Shown in pieces: positions 10,563 through 20,487 of a DNA stretch of 64,000 nt (within the stretch, counting starts at the first letter, position 1; each line of letters opens with the position of its first letter). A program made the translations under genes and the position numbers. Location: contig CAVXTH010000009.1 of NCBI GenBank assembly GCA_963764625.1, positions 192,001 through 256,000 on the forward strand, read 5' to 3'. The notes under the pieces are model-generated. The model ran no database searches. It was given only the letters and a program-made list of their open reading frames with translations, and had not been told where the DNA came from. This DNA comes from Candidatus Krumholzibacteriota bacterium (GTDB lineage Bacteria; Krumholzibacteriota; Krumholzibacteriia; JAJRXK01).

Positions 10563-11119
10563 CGGAAACCGGCCTTGAGCGCGCTCCACCCCGATTCGTT
10601 CTCCACGCCTACCGGTCCGGTTCGGACGGCCGCCACCTGAAACACCCGATCGTAGCAGTACATGCCGTTCATGGAGACCGTTACGTTCAGATCGGGAAAC
10701 TCGTTCACGAGTGGAACCAGGCCGCTATCGAAGTGGAGAGGCGGCTCGCCGTCGATGCTCAGATCCAGGAGAAGCTGCTGCTGATGGGCGCCTTCATCGA
10801 GGCGCAGGAGCCCATTCCCTTCGATCCGGTGAAACACTTCGCCTTGCCACCGGACGATCCAATTCACCCGGCTCAGCTCGTAGTCCACGAACTGGCCGTC
10901 CTCGCCGCTGCGCCGTAGGATGAACGTACCCTTCAGCCCAGTTTGTGCCAGGATCGGACACTCGCAGGGATCGAAGCAGCCCTCCTGATAACCGGCATCG
11001 GCCTGGAGCTCGTAGAGGTACTCGATGGTCGCGGAGATTTTGGGATTCGAGCTCGGGGCTGCCCCGACAGATGATGAGCCTGTTGCCAGCATGAGCAGAA
11101 CGAGGGTGGTGAGTCCCAT
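10559..11119 (-). CDS. Secreted hypothetical protein with CxxxCxC and C-terminal ...SGWSALKAGFR motif
   Basis: RBS AAGGAGG, signal-peptide-like N-terminus, GCFDPCECP, stop coupled to next gene. Confidence 0.72.
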   Translation of the reverse strand: MGLTTLVLLMLATGSSSVGAAPSSNPKISATIEYLYELQADAGYQEGCFDPCECPILAQTGLKGTFILRRSGEDGQFVDYELSRVNWIVRWQGEVFHRIEGNGLLRLDEGAHQQQLLLDLSIDGEPPLHFDSGLVPLVNEFPDLNVTVSMNGMYCYDRVFQVAAVRTGPVGVENESGWSALKAGFR

Positions 11120-11251
11120 GCCACGGCCTCCTTCAGCTTCGAGGCGCGGGTCGAAGACGGAAAGAACTTCCCTCACTCCGTCCCGCTTTCTGTACTCTCG
11201 AAGCTGATGACAGTATAGCACCCTGTTCCCTCCCGCGGAAGGACCGCAAGG

Positions 11252-12061
11252 ATGTTCCGAATCGCCATCATCGGCTGTGGCAACATGGGTTTGAGCTACG
11301 CTCGGTCGTTCCTCCGCTTCAATCTGGTGACGAAGGAGAATCTGCTTCTCGTCGCCAAGAACGAAGAGCATGCGAAGAAGCTGGCGGAGATGAACCTGGG
11401 GAGGGTCATCCCCAAGATCGATGAGCGCGTGGCGGACTATGGCGTGCTCGTGCTCGCGGTCAAGCCGCAGGACTTCTCCAGCATTGCGCCCGCGCTGAGC
11501 AGCGTACTCCGCCCCGACCACGTACTGCTTTCGGTAATGGCGGGAATAACCACCGCCACTCTTCAAGAGCAGTTACATCACGACGCGATCGTTCGAGCCA
11601 TGCCCAACACTCCGACCCAACTCGGCATGGGCGTGACGGCGTTCATCGCCACCGAGGTCGTCAATCTGCATCGGATTAGCGTGATCGACAGTCTCTTGTC
11701 CACGACGGGTCGTACCATCCTCTTGGGAGAGGAGAGCCAGCTCGACGCGGTCACCGCGCTCAGCGGCAGCGGCCCGGCCTATTTCTTCCACATCATCGAA
11801 ATCATGATTCGAGCCGGGGTGTCCATGGGCCTGGACGAGTCGGTGTCGGCCATGCTGGTCAAACAGACCATGCAGGGGTCGTTTCATCTACTCAACCAAT
11901 CGTCCGAGAGTCTGGAGGAGCTCGTGGCCGCGGTCAGTTCCAAGGGGGGCACTACTGAAGCCGCGTTCCAGAGGCTCGAAGAGGGCGAGTTCGCACGAAC
12001 ACTCAGTGAGGCGATTCTCGCCGCGCACAAGCGGGCAAAGCAACTTTCCGAGTCGAAGTGA
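11252..12061 (+). CDS. proC: Pyrroline-5-carboxylate reductase
   Basis: IGCGNMG, LAVKPQ, RAMPN, TALSGSGPAY, VSSKGGTT. Confidence 0.96.
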   Translation: MFRIAIIGCGNMGLSYARSFLRFNLVTKENLLLVAKNEEHAKKLAEMNLGRVIPKIDERVADYGVLVLAVKPQDFSSIAPALSSVLRPDHVLLSVMAGITTATLQEQLHHDAIVRAMPNTPTQLGMGVTAFIATEVVNLHRISVIDSLLSTTGRTILLGEESQLDAVTALSGSGPAYFFHIIEIMIRAGVSMGLDESVSAMLVKQTMQGSFHLLNQSSESLEELVAAVSSKGGTTEAAFQRLEEGEFARTLSEAILAAHKRAKQLSESK

Positions 12062-12145
12062 GGACGTTCCCGATGAAAGCTGGGATGGACCGCCCGCCAC
12101 GTCTCTGGTATTCTTCGTAGCCCCCTCGAACTGAAAGACGCGCAC

Positions 12146-14879
12146 TTGATCGGGAAAATGCCTAGGCCAATACGAAATCGTCAAACTGCTCGGTCGCGGA
12201 GGAATGGGAGAAGTCTATCTCGCGCGCGACACCCGACTGGACCGCGAAGTCGCTCTGAAACTTCTGCCGAAGAATCTCTCTGCGGATTCCGAGCGTCTGG
12301 CTCGCTTCAGAAGAGAGGCAAAAGTGTTGGCCTCTCTCAATCACGACAACATCGCGGGACTCTTCGGTTTGGAGGAGGAAGCGGGGAACATTTTTCTGGT
12401 GATGGAGTTGGCGCACGGGCAGGAACTCGCCCAGCGGATCGCGAAGGGGGCCCTCGCGTTGGAAGAGGCGGTCCAGATCGCCCGGCAGATCGCGGCCGGC
12501 CTGGAGGAAGCGCACGAGAAGGGGATCGTCCACCGCGACCTCAAGCCCGCCAACGTGATGATCTCCGAGGACGGCAAGGTCAAGATCCTCGACTTCGGTC
12601 TCGCGCGCGCCTTCGCCGGGGAGGGGACACACGAGGAAGAGATTGCGAATTCCCCGACGATCACGGCCGCGATGACCCAGGCGGGAACCATTTTGGGCAC
12701 TGCCGCCTACATGAGTCCCGAGCAGGCACGAGGAAAACGCGTCGATCGCCGCGCCGATATCTGGGCCTTCGGAGTCATTCTCTTCGAAATGCTTACGGGG
12801 AGGCAGCTCTTCGCCGGGGAGACGGTCACCGATACCCTGGCGGGCATCCTCAAGACCGATCCAGATTGGGAAGCCCTGCCGGCGGACCTGCCGCCCCACG
12901 TGGAGCGGGTGTTGCGCCGTTGCCTCTCCAAAGATCCCAAGCAACGTCTGCGTGACATCGGGGAAGCGCGCATTCGGCTGGTGGGAACCCCGGGCGAAAC
13001 CGGGACGGCCTCCCCGCGCGATCACGAGCCGGCATCCCCGTGGAGTGTGCGACTACCCTGGGGCATCGCGGTGGCCGCGGTCGCAGTGGCGGCCCTGGCG
13101 ATCTGGCTTCCCGGGCCCCTGAAACCACGCGGGCTTTCGAGCGAGAGATTGGGAGTCATCCGCTTCAGCATCCCCATCGCGCATCCCGTCGACGGGGGGG
13201 CGGGAGTTCCCACCGAACCCGGCGCATGGCTGGACAGCCGCTTCTTCAACCTCAGTCCCGATGGCAAAACCCTGGCATTTCTGGTGAGCGAGGACAGCAG
13301 CTACGCGCTGGGTGTCCGCCGGCTCGACCACGAGGGAATCCAGCGTTTTGCGGCGCCCGACTATCTGGGTGACATTTTCTTTTCGCCCCGAGGCGAACGG
13401 ATCGGCTATTGCGGCCCCACGAAATTTCAGGCGATTTCGCTGAATGGGGGTGCTCTCACCGATCTGTGCGCCGCGATGGGCTACACGCGCGGTGTGCTTT
13501 GGGAGACCGAAGATACCCTGATCCTGCCCTTTGGCGCGAATTCTCCTCTCCTGCGTGCAAATCTGAGTGAGGCGAAGTTCGATACCCTGAGCCATCTCGA
13601 TCTCGATGCCGGCGAGCGGACTCATCGTTGGCCTGCGATTCTCCCCGACGGGCGCGGCTATCTGGTGACGGCGGGCAACGACCTCATCCTGGATTTCGAC
13701 GATGCGCAAGTCGCGGCCATCGACTCCAAGGACCACAGCATTCACTACCTGGTTCAGGGCAACATGCCGAGCTACACCAGCAATGGGCTACTCATCTTCC
13801 ACCGCTCGGGGACCCTCTACGCCGCGCGCTTTGATCTGAAGTCGCTCTCCATCCTCGGTGATCCCTTGTCCGTGCTCAGCGGAGTGATGTACCGGCCGGT
13901 AAGCGGGGTTGCCCAGTACGCGATCTCGCAGAATGGCACTTTGTGCTACGTGCCCGGCGGGCCCATGAGCTCTCGCACCAAGCTCTTCTGGGAGTCTCCC
14001 GACGGATCGCGCACGGAAATCCTCGATCAGGAGGGGACGATTCAAAATGTCGCAGTGAGTCGGGATGGACGCCATTTGGCGATGGAGATCGACGCCGCCA
14101 ACTCCAACGTCTGGACCTTCGACATCGCGCGCAAGAGTCTGTCGCGCCTCACGTTCAAGGGTAGTGTCGGTTACCCCGCATGGGATGCCAAGGGCGAGAT
14201 GGTGTACTTCTCCTCTACTCGGCGCGGCATTCGCTCCATCTACCGGCGGCGGGCGGACGGCGGTGGAGAGGCCGAGTTGGCATTCAAGGGAAGCGACGAA
14301 AGATCTCCCCGCGACTGTGACGTATCCCCGGTGGGAAATCAACTCTGTGCGGTCGTCGTGCTTCGCAATGGCTCGAGCGATCTCTACCGAATCGATCCCG
14401 AGCATCCCGAGGAAGGAGTGCCATTTCTCGATTCTCGTTTCCTCGAGTTCGATCCCAGCTTCTCCCCCGATGGTCACTGGCTGGCCTACGCCTCTGACGA
14501 AACCGGGACGCCGGAGATCTACGTACGCCGCTTTCCCCAGGGAGACAAGAAACAGAAAGTCTCCTCCGACGGCGGCCGGGATCCTCACTGGTCTCGCAAC
14601 GGAAGTACTCTGTACTATATGGGACTGCGGAAAATCATGAAGGCCAGTATCGTTCAAGATGAGAATCTCCTCATCGGAGTCCCGACTGTAGCCCTATCTC
14701 TACCGAATGCCCGGGTGGATACGGACCTGAGGGACATCTATTCCAAGAAGAATTTCGAAGTGGGGCCGCTGAAAGACAGATTTCTGCTCACCGAGGTGCA
14801 ATCGGTGGGAGAGCTTCCCGAGCGTCTGGAGATCGTGCTGAACTGGTTCGACGAGTTGAAGCAGAAGCTGGGCAACTAG
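12146..14879 (+). CDS. Hanks-type Ser/Thr kinase with TM segment and TolB/PD40 beta-propeller; +1 frameshift near 12161
   Basis: LGRGGMGEVY, VALK, HRDLKPAN, DFGLA, YMSPEQ, SPDG repeats; the kinase frame has no start codon upstream of the Gly-loop, so TTG 12146 joins by one extra base. Confidence 0.9.
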
Positions 14880-14961
14880 ACGACGGACCGGGGCGCCTTG
14901 CCGAGCCTTCGGGGGCTGAATATCATGGACAGGCAGCCATGCGGCATTCCCACCGTTCACC

Positions 14962-16440
14962 ATGGAGATCTGCGATGAAGGCTCCCCGGCCAGAATCCGC
15001 CGAGGCCACGGCAGCGGCGCACGGGCTTCCGACTCCGTACGCGCTTGGGGCGCATTGCTTCTCCTGCTCGCACCATTCGTTCTCTCTTCCTGCGGCTTGG
15101 TTCAGAACCGCGAAAACACGGCGATGAAGAAGCTGCGCGAGGAGGTGCGCGGCAAGAATCTCGTGATGGTATTGCTCGACGCGGGGGGCTATGGCCACTT
15201 CGGTTTCGCGGGCTACGATCGCGATACCACCCCGAACATCGACGCGCTGGCCGCCCAGAGCCTGGTGTTCGACACGGCCTACACGGAGGCGGCGTCGACC
15301 GGACCTTCGGTCTACGCCATGTTCACCTCCAGTTATCCCTTTCTCGCGGAACAGCAAGGACTCAAGGGCATCCGGGACGCCCCCTTCAAGATCGATGAGA
15401 AGACGGAGTTGATGCCGGCGCTCCTCGCACCGAAGTTCACGCGGCGCGTGGCCTATTCGGCCAATGCTTGGATTGGCCCCGCGTTCGGTTTCGATCGCGG
15501 GTTCACCCAGTTTCACGAGATCTACGACAACGAAGCGGTGCCCGATTCGACCGAGCACCTCGCGGCTCGCAACGTCGATGCGTTCAAGAAGGATTTGAAG
15601 TCGTGGGGAAACGAACCGGTCTTCGTCTATCTTCATTTTCTGGAACCGCACTCGCCGTACAAACCCCCCGAGGAATTTGCCCGCAAGTTCGATTCGACGG
15701 CAATGGACAGCATCGACGCCAGCTCGCAGAGTCTCCTGCAATACCGCTTCGATCCTCCGAGCCCCCACCGGCAGGAAATGATCCGATCCCTCTACGACGG
15801 AAATCTGACCTACGTCGACTCAAAGGTTGGCGAGGTGATCGAAGCCCTGAAGAAGAGCGGACACTGGAACGATACCGTCTTCTTGGTGATCGCCGATCAT
15901 GGGGAAGCGTTCTGGGAGCATGGGGTCTACGAGCATGGTCACCATATCTATGATGAGTTCATGCGAATTCCTTTCATCCTGCACCTTCCGGGAGCGAAGG
16001 ATCTCGTGGGCCGCCACATCAAACAGCCGGTTTCCCTGGTCGATCTGTTGCCCACCTACCTGGATCTCTTCGGAATCACTCCCCCGGACAGCCTGAGAGG
16101 TGACAGCCTGCTTCCCCTCATCGCGGGCAAAACCAAGGCCTTCGAGACGCGAAAGATCTTCCTGCGCAACACCCACCGAACCGTGCCGGAATTTGGCGTG
16201 CGCGCAGGTGATTACAAGTGGATCTATCGGGTGCGCGAGAGCAGCTACCAACTGTACGACCTCGCGGAGGATCCGCACGAACAGCACGATTTGGTCGCGG
16301 CGGGCATGGTTCCACCGGCCATCGAACCCCTTCGCAAGGAGATCGGGTTGTGGATCGCCACCGGAACGCACCGCATTCAACCGGTGGAAAAGCTCGATCC
16401 CAAGACAGAACAGAGACTCCACGCCATCGGCTATTTTTGA
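14962..16440 (+). CDS. Sulfatase-like alkaline-phosphatase-superfamily lipoprotein, copy 1 (start uncertain)
   Basis: Lipobox LSSC; TPNIDALA, HFLEPHSPY, YDG, ADHGE, LYDLxxDPxE; nucleophile region STGPSVYA. Confidence 0.85.
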   Translation: MEICDEGSPARIRRGHGSGARASDSVRAWGALLLLLAPFVLSSCGLVQNRENTAMKKLREEVRGKNLVMVLLDAGGYGHFGFAGYDRDTTPNIDALAAQSLVFDTAYTEAASTGPSVYAMFTSSYPFLAEQQGLKGIRDAPFKIDEKTELMPALLAPKFTRRVAYSANAWIGPAFGFDRGFTQFHEIYDNEAVPDSTEHLAARNVDAFKKDLKSWGNEPVFVYLHFLEPHSPYKPPEEFARKFDSTAMDSIDASSQSLLQYRFDPPSPHRQEMIRSLYDGNLTYVDSKVGEVIEALKKSGHWNDTVFLVIADHGEAFWEHGVYEHGHHIYDEFMRIPFILHLPGAKDLVGRHIKQPVSLVDLLPTYLDLFGITPPDSLRGDSLLPLIAGKTKAFETRKIFLRNTHRTVPEFGVRAGDYKWIYRVRESSYQLYDLAEDPHEQHDLVAAGMVPPAIEPLRKEIGLWIATGTHRIQPVEKLDPKTEQRLHAIGYF

Positions 16441-16499
16441 GGGAATCTCATGAACGGACGCACAACCAGTACTCATTCCGTCTCTCTTGGAGGTCCTTC

Positions 16500-17963
16500 A
16501 TGAAGGTTCCTCGAAGATCCTCGGACGATACCGCGACCAGCCGGATTCGGCGCATGCCCCTCAGCAATCTGGGACTGTTGCTCGTTCTGGTGGCGCCCTT
16601 CTTTTTGATCTCCTGCGGCTCTCTCTTCAATCGTGAGAATGCCAAGATGAATCGGCTGCGCGACGCGGTACGGGGCAAGAATCTCGTGATGGTACTGCTC
16701 GACGCGGGGGGCTACGGACACTTCGGCTTCGCGGGCTACGATCGCGACACCACCCCGAACATCGACGCACTCGCCGCGAAGAGCCTGGTGTTCGATACGG
16801 CCTATACGGAGGCAGCGTCGACGGGGCATTCCGTCTATGCAATGCTCACGTCGAGCTATCCCTTCCTCGCCGAAAAGCAGGGACTGAAGGGAATCGTCGA
16901 TGCTCCCTTCAAAGTGGGCGAGAAGACCAATCTCATGCAGGCGCTCTTGGCGGCCAAGTTCGGCCGTCGCATCGGTATCTCGGGAAATCCCTGGTTCGGG
17001 CCGGATTTTGGATTCGATCGAGGGTTCACGAAATTCTACGAAATCTACGACAACGAATCGGTGCCCGATTCGACGGAGCATTTGGCCGCGCGTACCGTCG
17101 AGGCGTTCGAGAATGACATGAAGTCCTGGGGAAATGAGCAGGTCTTCGCCTACCTGCATTTTCTCGAACCGCACACTCCCTACACTCCCCCTGATGAGTT
17201 CGCCCGCAAGTTCGATGCGGTGGCGGCGGATAGCGTCGACGCGAGTGCGCGGAATCTGATCAAGTACCGGCTCGATCCTCCCAGTAAACACCGGCAAGAG
17301 ATGATCCGCGCGCTCTACGACGGCAATCTGGCCTATGTCGATTCGAAGGTTGGGGAGGTCATCGAGGATTTGAAGAAGAGCGGCCGCTGGGACAGCACCG
17401 TGTTCTTGGTGATCGCCGATCACGGAGAGGCGTTCTGGGAACATGGGGTCTACGCGCATGGGCGCCACATTTACGAGGAGTTCATGCGGATTCCCTTCAT
17501 CATGCACATTCCGGGAGCACCCGAATTCGCGGGGCAGCACGTGAAGGAACCGGTTTCCCTGGTCGATTTGCTACCCACTTATCTCGACCTCTTCGAGATC
17601 AAACCGCCGAGTGGTCTGAAAGGGGACAGTTTGGTGCCCCTCATCGCGGGACGCACGGAGGACTTCAAGACGCGCAAGGTCTTTCTGCGCAACACCCACA
17701 GCATCGTACCGGAGTTCGGACTCAGGGCCGGTCGCTACAAGTGGATCTACCGGGTCTACGAGAGCAGCTACCAACTCTACGACCTCGTGGAAGACCCGCA
17801 CGAGAAGCACGATCTGGTCGCCGCGAACGAGGTGCCGCCGGAGATCGAGCCGCTTCGCAAGGAGATCGCACTGTGGATCGCAACCGGTACCGACCGCGTG
17901 GAGCCGGTGGACCATCTCGATCCGAAGACCGAGGAGCGCCTGCACGCGATCGGGTATTTCTGA
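16500..17963 (+). CDS. Sulfatase-like alkaline-phosphatase-superfamily lipoprotein, copy 2
   Basis: Lipobox LISC; long stretches identical to copy 1; nucleophile region STGHSVYA. Confidence 0.85.
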   Translation: MKVPRRSSDDTATSRIRRMPLSNLGLLLVLVAPFFLISCGSLFNRENAKMNRLRDAVRGKNLVMVLLDAGGYGHFGFAGYDRDTTPNIDALAAKSLVFDTAYTEAASTGHSVYAMLTSSYPFLAEKQGLKGIVDAPFKVGEKTNLMQALLAAKFGRRIGISGNPWFGPDFGFDRGFTKFYEIYDNESVPDSTEHLAARTVEAFENDMKSWGNEQVFAYLHFLEPHTPYTPPDEFARKFDAVAADSVDASARNLIKYRLDPPSKHRQEMIRALYDGNLAYVDSKVGEVIEDLKKSGRWDSTVFLVIADHGEAFWEHGVYAHGRHIYEEFMRIPFIMHIPGAPEFAGQHVKEPVSLVDLLPTYLDLFEIKPPSGLKGDSLVPLIAGRTEDFKTRKVFLRNTHSIVPEFGLRAGRYKWIYRVYESSYQLYDLVEDPHEKHDLVAANEVPPEIEPLRKEIALWIATGTDRVEPVDHLDPKTEERLHAIGYF

Positions 17964-17979
17964 GGAAGCGGTTCGCGCC

Positions 17980-19659
17980 TCAGTCGTGCAGATTCTTGAT
18001 CATGTAGGTTCCCTGCAACGCGTATCCCCGTCGGCGGTAGTAGGCCCGGGTTCCCACCGAGGCGATAACGGCCATGCGCGGATAGCCGCCCTCTTGGGCG
18101 AGTTCCTCGGCGCGTACCAGCAAGCGGCGTCCGAGCCCACGGTGTTGGCGAGTCGCGGCGGGTGAATCCTCGGCGTCACGCCCGATCTGAAGCGCCGGCC
18201 CGTAGACGTGCACCTCGCGCACGAGCGCGCAGCCTTCGAGCTCATTCAGTCCGAGGTTCTGTCCTTGGGAGAAGCCCGGCGTTTCGGGCAACGAGAGCCG
18301 CAGGTACCCGGCGCAGCGGTCCTGGGGGTCGTCGAAGGAGAGAAAGACCTCTTCGCTCTCGCGACAATGGTACTTCTGCTCGTTCAGGGAGAGACTGCCG
18401 GTATCGACAACGTGGCTTCTCACTTCCCGACAGCGCAGGCAGTGGCAGCTCCGGTGCGACTGCTTCATGATCTCGGCGATTCTCTGGCGCAGATTGGTGA
18501 TCTTGCAACCGGCCACCACGTTGGTCGAGGGAATGTCGCGGTAGATGCGATTGATGCGACAGTAACGGGGAACAAGTTCTTTGCAGGCGATGATCAATTC
18601 GATCAGGGTGTCGTCGTCGTAGGGTTCATAGTTCCCTTTCAACCAGTTCTGGTAGAGCGCGGCGTTTTTCAGGAGAGTCGTGGGGTAGATCTTGATCTCG
18701 TCGGGCCGCAGACCTGGATCCTCGAAGAGCTTCTGGAAGTCCTCCAGATCGCTGTGCGCGGCGGCCCCGTGCAGGTTGGGCATCCAGTGGAGCACCAGCT
18801 TGAAGCCGGCAGTGCGCAGTCGCGCCATGGCCCCGCGCGTCTGTTCCACCGTGTGGCCGCGCTGATTGAGCCTCAGGATCCGATCATCCAGCGATTGCGC
18901 GCCCATTTGGATCTTGGTAGCCCCCAAGTGGCGCAGGTGACGGATCTCTTCCAGAGTCACGTGGTCGGGGCGGGTCTCCAGCACGAGTCCGACGTTGCGG
19001 CATCGTGCGCTCTCGTTTCGCCTTTGGGCTTCCGGTAGGTTGGTGGAAGGTGTGAGGGTCTTTCCTCGCACGGAAGAACCCGACAAGCCCGTCGCGTCGT
19101 TCATGGCGTCCAGGCAACGCCGTACGAAATACTCCTGATACTCGCGTGGATAACTCGACCAGGTGCCACCCAAGACCAAAAGCTCGATCTTGTCCGCGGG
19201 GTGCCCATTGCTCTCGAACGCGGCGATCCGCCCCGCAGTCTGCTCGTAGGGATCGAACCCGTGTTGCTCGGCTCGCATTGCACCGGGTTCATCGCGCAGA
19301 TAGCTCTTGGGCATGCGGGCGTCGGTAGGGCAGAAAATGCACTGGCCGGGACAGGGAAAGGGCTTGGTGAGGACGGTGACCGGGGTGACTCCACTCAGAG
19401 TTCGGACCGGCCGCATTTGGATGCGACGCAAGAGTCCCTCATCCGGAGCGATTACCCCGGTGGAAGAGAGCAGGCGGTATCCGGCGACGAGGTGGTTCTT
19501 GCTGAAGACGCCGTTGCCATCCCGGGGATGACGGCGCAGGATGGAAGCCAGGCGTTTCTCGCTCATCCGGTCGAGCGCGGCGACTTCCCGCAGAATGACG
19601 CGGAGGGTTTCACGGTAGTGATGAAGGTCGAGCTCTGAGAGTGGAGCTGGCTTCGCCAT
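17980..19659 (-). CDS. elp3: Elp3-type tRNA U34 carboxymethyltransferase (radical SAM + KAT)
   Basis: VRTLSGV, CPGQCIFCP, LGGTW, ETRPD, KIYPT, RIYRDIP, CHCLRCRE, VREVHVYG, QHRGLG, VIASVGTRAYY. Confidence 0.93.
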   Translation of the reverse strand: MAKPAPLSELDLHHYRETLRVILREVAALDRMSEKRLASILRRHPRDGNGVFSKNHLVAGYRLLSSTGVIAPDEGLLRRIQMRPVRTLSGVTPVTVLTKPFPCPGQCIFCPTDARMPKSYLRDEPGAMRAEQHGFDPYEQTAGRIAAFESNGHPADKIELLVLGGTWSSYPREYQEYFVRRCLDAMNDATGLSGSSVRGKTLTPSTNLPEAQRRNESARCRNVGLVLETRPDHVTLEEIRHLRHLGATKIQMGAQSLDDRILRLNQRGHTVEQTRGAMARLRTAGFKLVLHWMPNLHGAAAHSDLEDFQKLFEDPGLRPDEIKIYPTTLLKNAALYQNWLKGNYEPYDDDTLIELIIACKELVPRYCRINRIYRDIPSTNVVAGCKITNLRQRIAEIMKQSHRSCHCLRCREVRSHVVDTGSLSLNEQKYHCRESEEVFLSFDDPQDRCAGYLRLSLPETPGFSQGQNLGLNELEGCALVREVHVYGPALQIGRDAEDSPAATRQHRGLGRRLLVRAEELAQEGGYPRMAVIASVGTRAYYRRRGYALQGTYMIKNLHD

Positions 19660-19748
19660 GGTCCTGTGGGAGGGAGGAGAGGTGACTGGGTGGCGGAGCG
19701 CGGCCGAGGGCTTCGCCCTGCATCGCTCCATAGTATAGAAGGATTCTA

Positions 19749-20486
19749 GTGCAGCGGTCCATTCGCCGAAAGCTGATCGAACTGAATCTCGCCCTGTACG
19801 GGCGCTTCGCAGGCGAATTCTCGAGTTCGAGAGCCGTCTTGCAGCCAGGAATCGTGCGCGCCCTCGCGACGCTGGGTTCGTTCTCGAGCCTGGTGGACCT
19901 CGGGTGCGGCGATGCGCGCGTGGGCCGGGCTCTGCTGGGGGGGCAAGTGGGGCCTACCGTCCAGGGATGGCGAGGGTACTACCTGGGCGTGGACGCCAGT
20001 CGGGAGCTTCTGGCTCTGGCCCCATCGCAAACCGAGAGCTTCCAGCTTCTGCCGGTCGATCTGTCGCGAGAGGATTGGATCGAGCATATCCCGCGACCCG
20101 AGGGCGGATTCGAGGCGCTCGTACTCTTTTCCGTTCTGCACCACATTCCAGGACGAGCGCAACGCCTTCGCTTTCTGCGGGAATGCTCCACGCTTCTCTC
20201 AGAGGGTGGACGGTGGGCCCTCTCTGTTTGGCAGTTCCTACATCACGAGCGCTTTCGGGATCGCCTCGTCCCATGGTCGAGTATCAAAGTGAGAGAGGAC
20301 GAGGTGGAGAGCGGTGACGTCTTGCAGGACTGGCGGCGCGGTGGAAGAGGGCTGCGCTACGTACACTCCTTCGGGCTGGAGGAACTGCACGAGCTGTGCG
20401 AGAAGGCGGGTCTGCAGGTCGAGGAGCACTTTCGAAGCGACGGGGAGAGTGGCGACCTGGGGCTCTATCTGCTGGGCGAAAAGTAG
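19749..20486 (+). CDS. Class I SAM methyltransferase, Trm9/ALKBH8-MTase-like
   Basis: YxxFAxEFSxSR N-terminus, DLGCGDAR, VLHHI, GG...SVW, DVLQDW, RYVHSF..EEL..LC..AG, matching Trm9 motif order as I recall it. Confidence 0.72.
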   Translation: MQRSIRRKLIELNLALYGRFAGEFSSSRAVLQPGIVRALATLGSFSSLVDLGCGDARVGRALLGGQVGPTVQGWRGYYLGVDASRELLALAPSQTESFQLLPVDLSREDWIEHIPRPEGGFEALVLFSVLHHIPGRAQRLRFLRECSTLLSEGGRWALSVWQFLHHERFRDRLVPWSSIKVREDEVESGDVLQDWRRGGRGLRYVHSFGLEELHELCEKAGLQVEEHFRSDGESGDLGLYLLGEK

Positions 20487-20487
20487 A

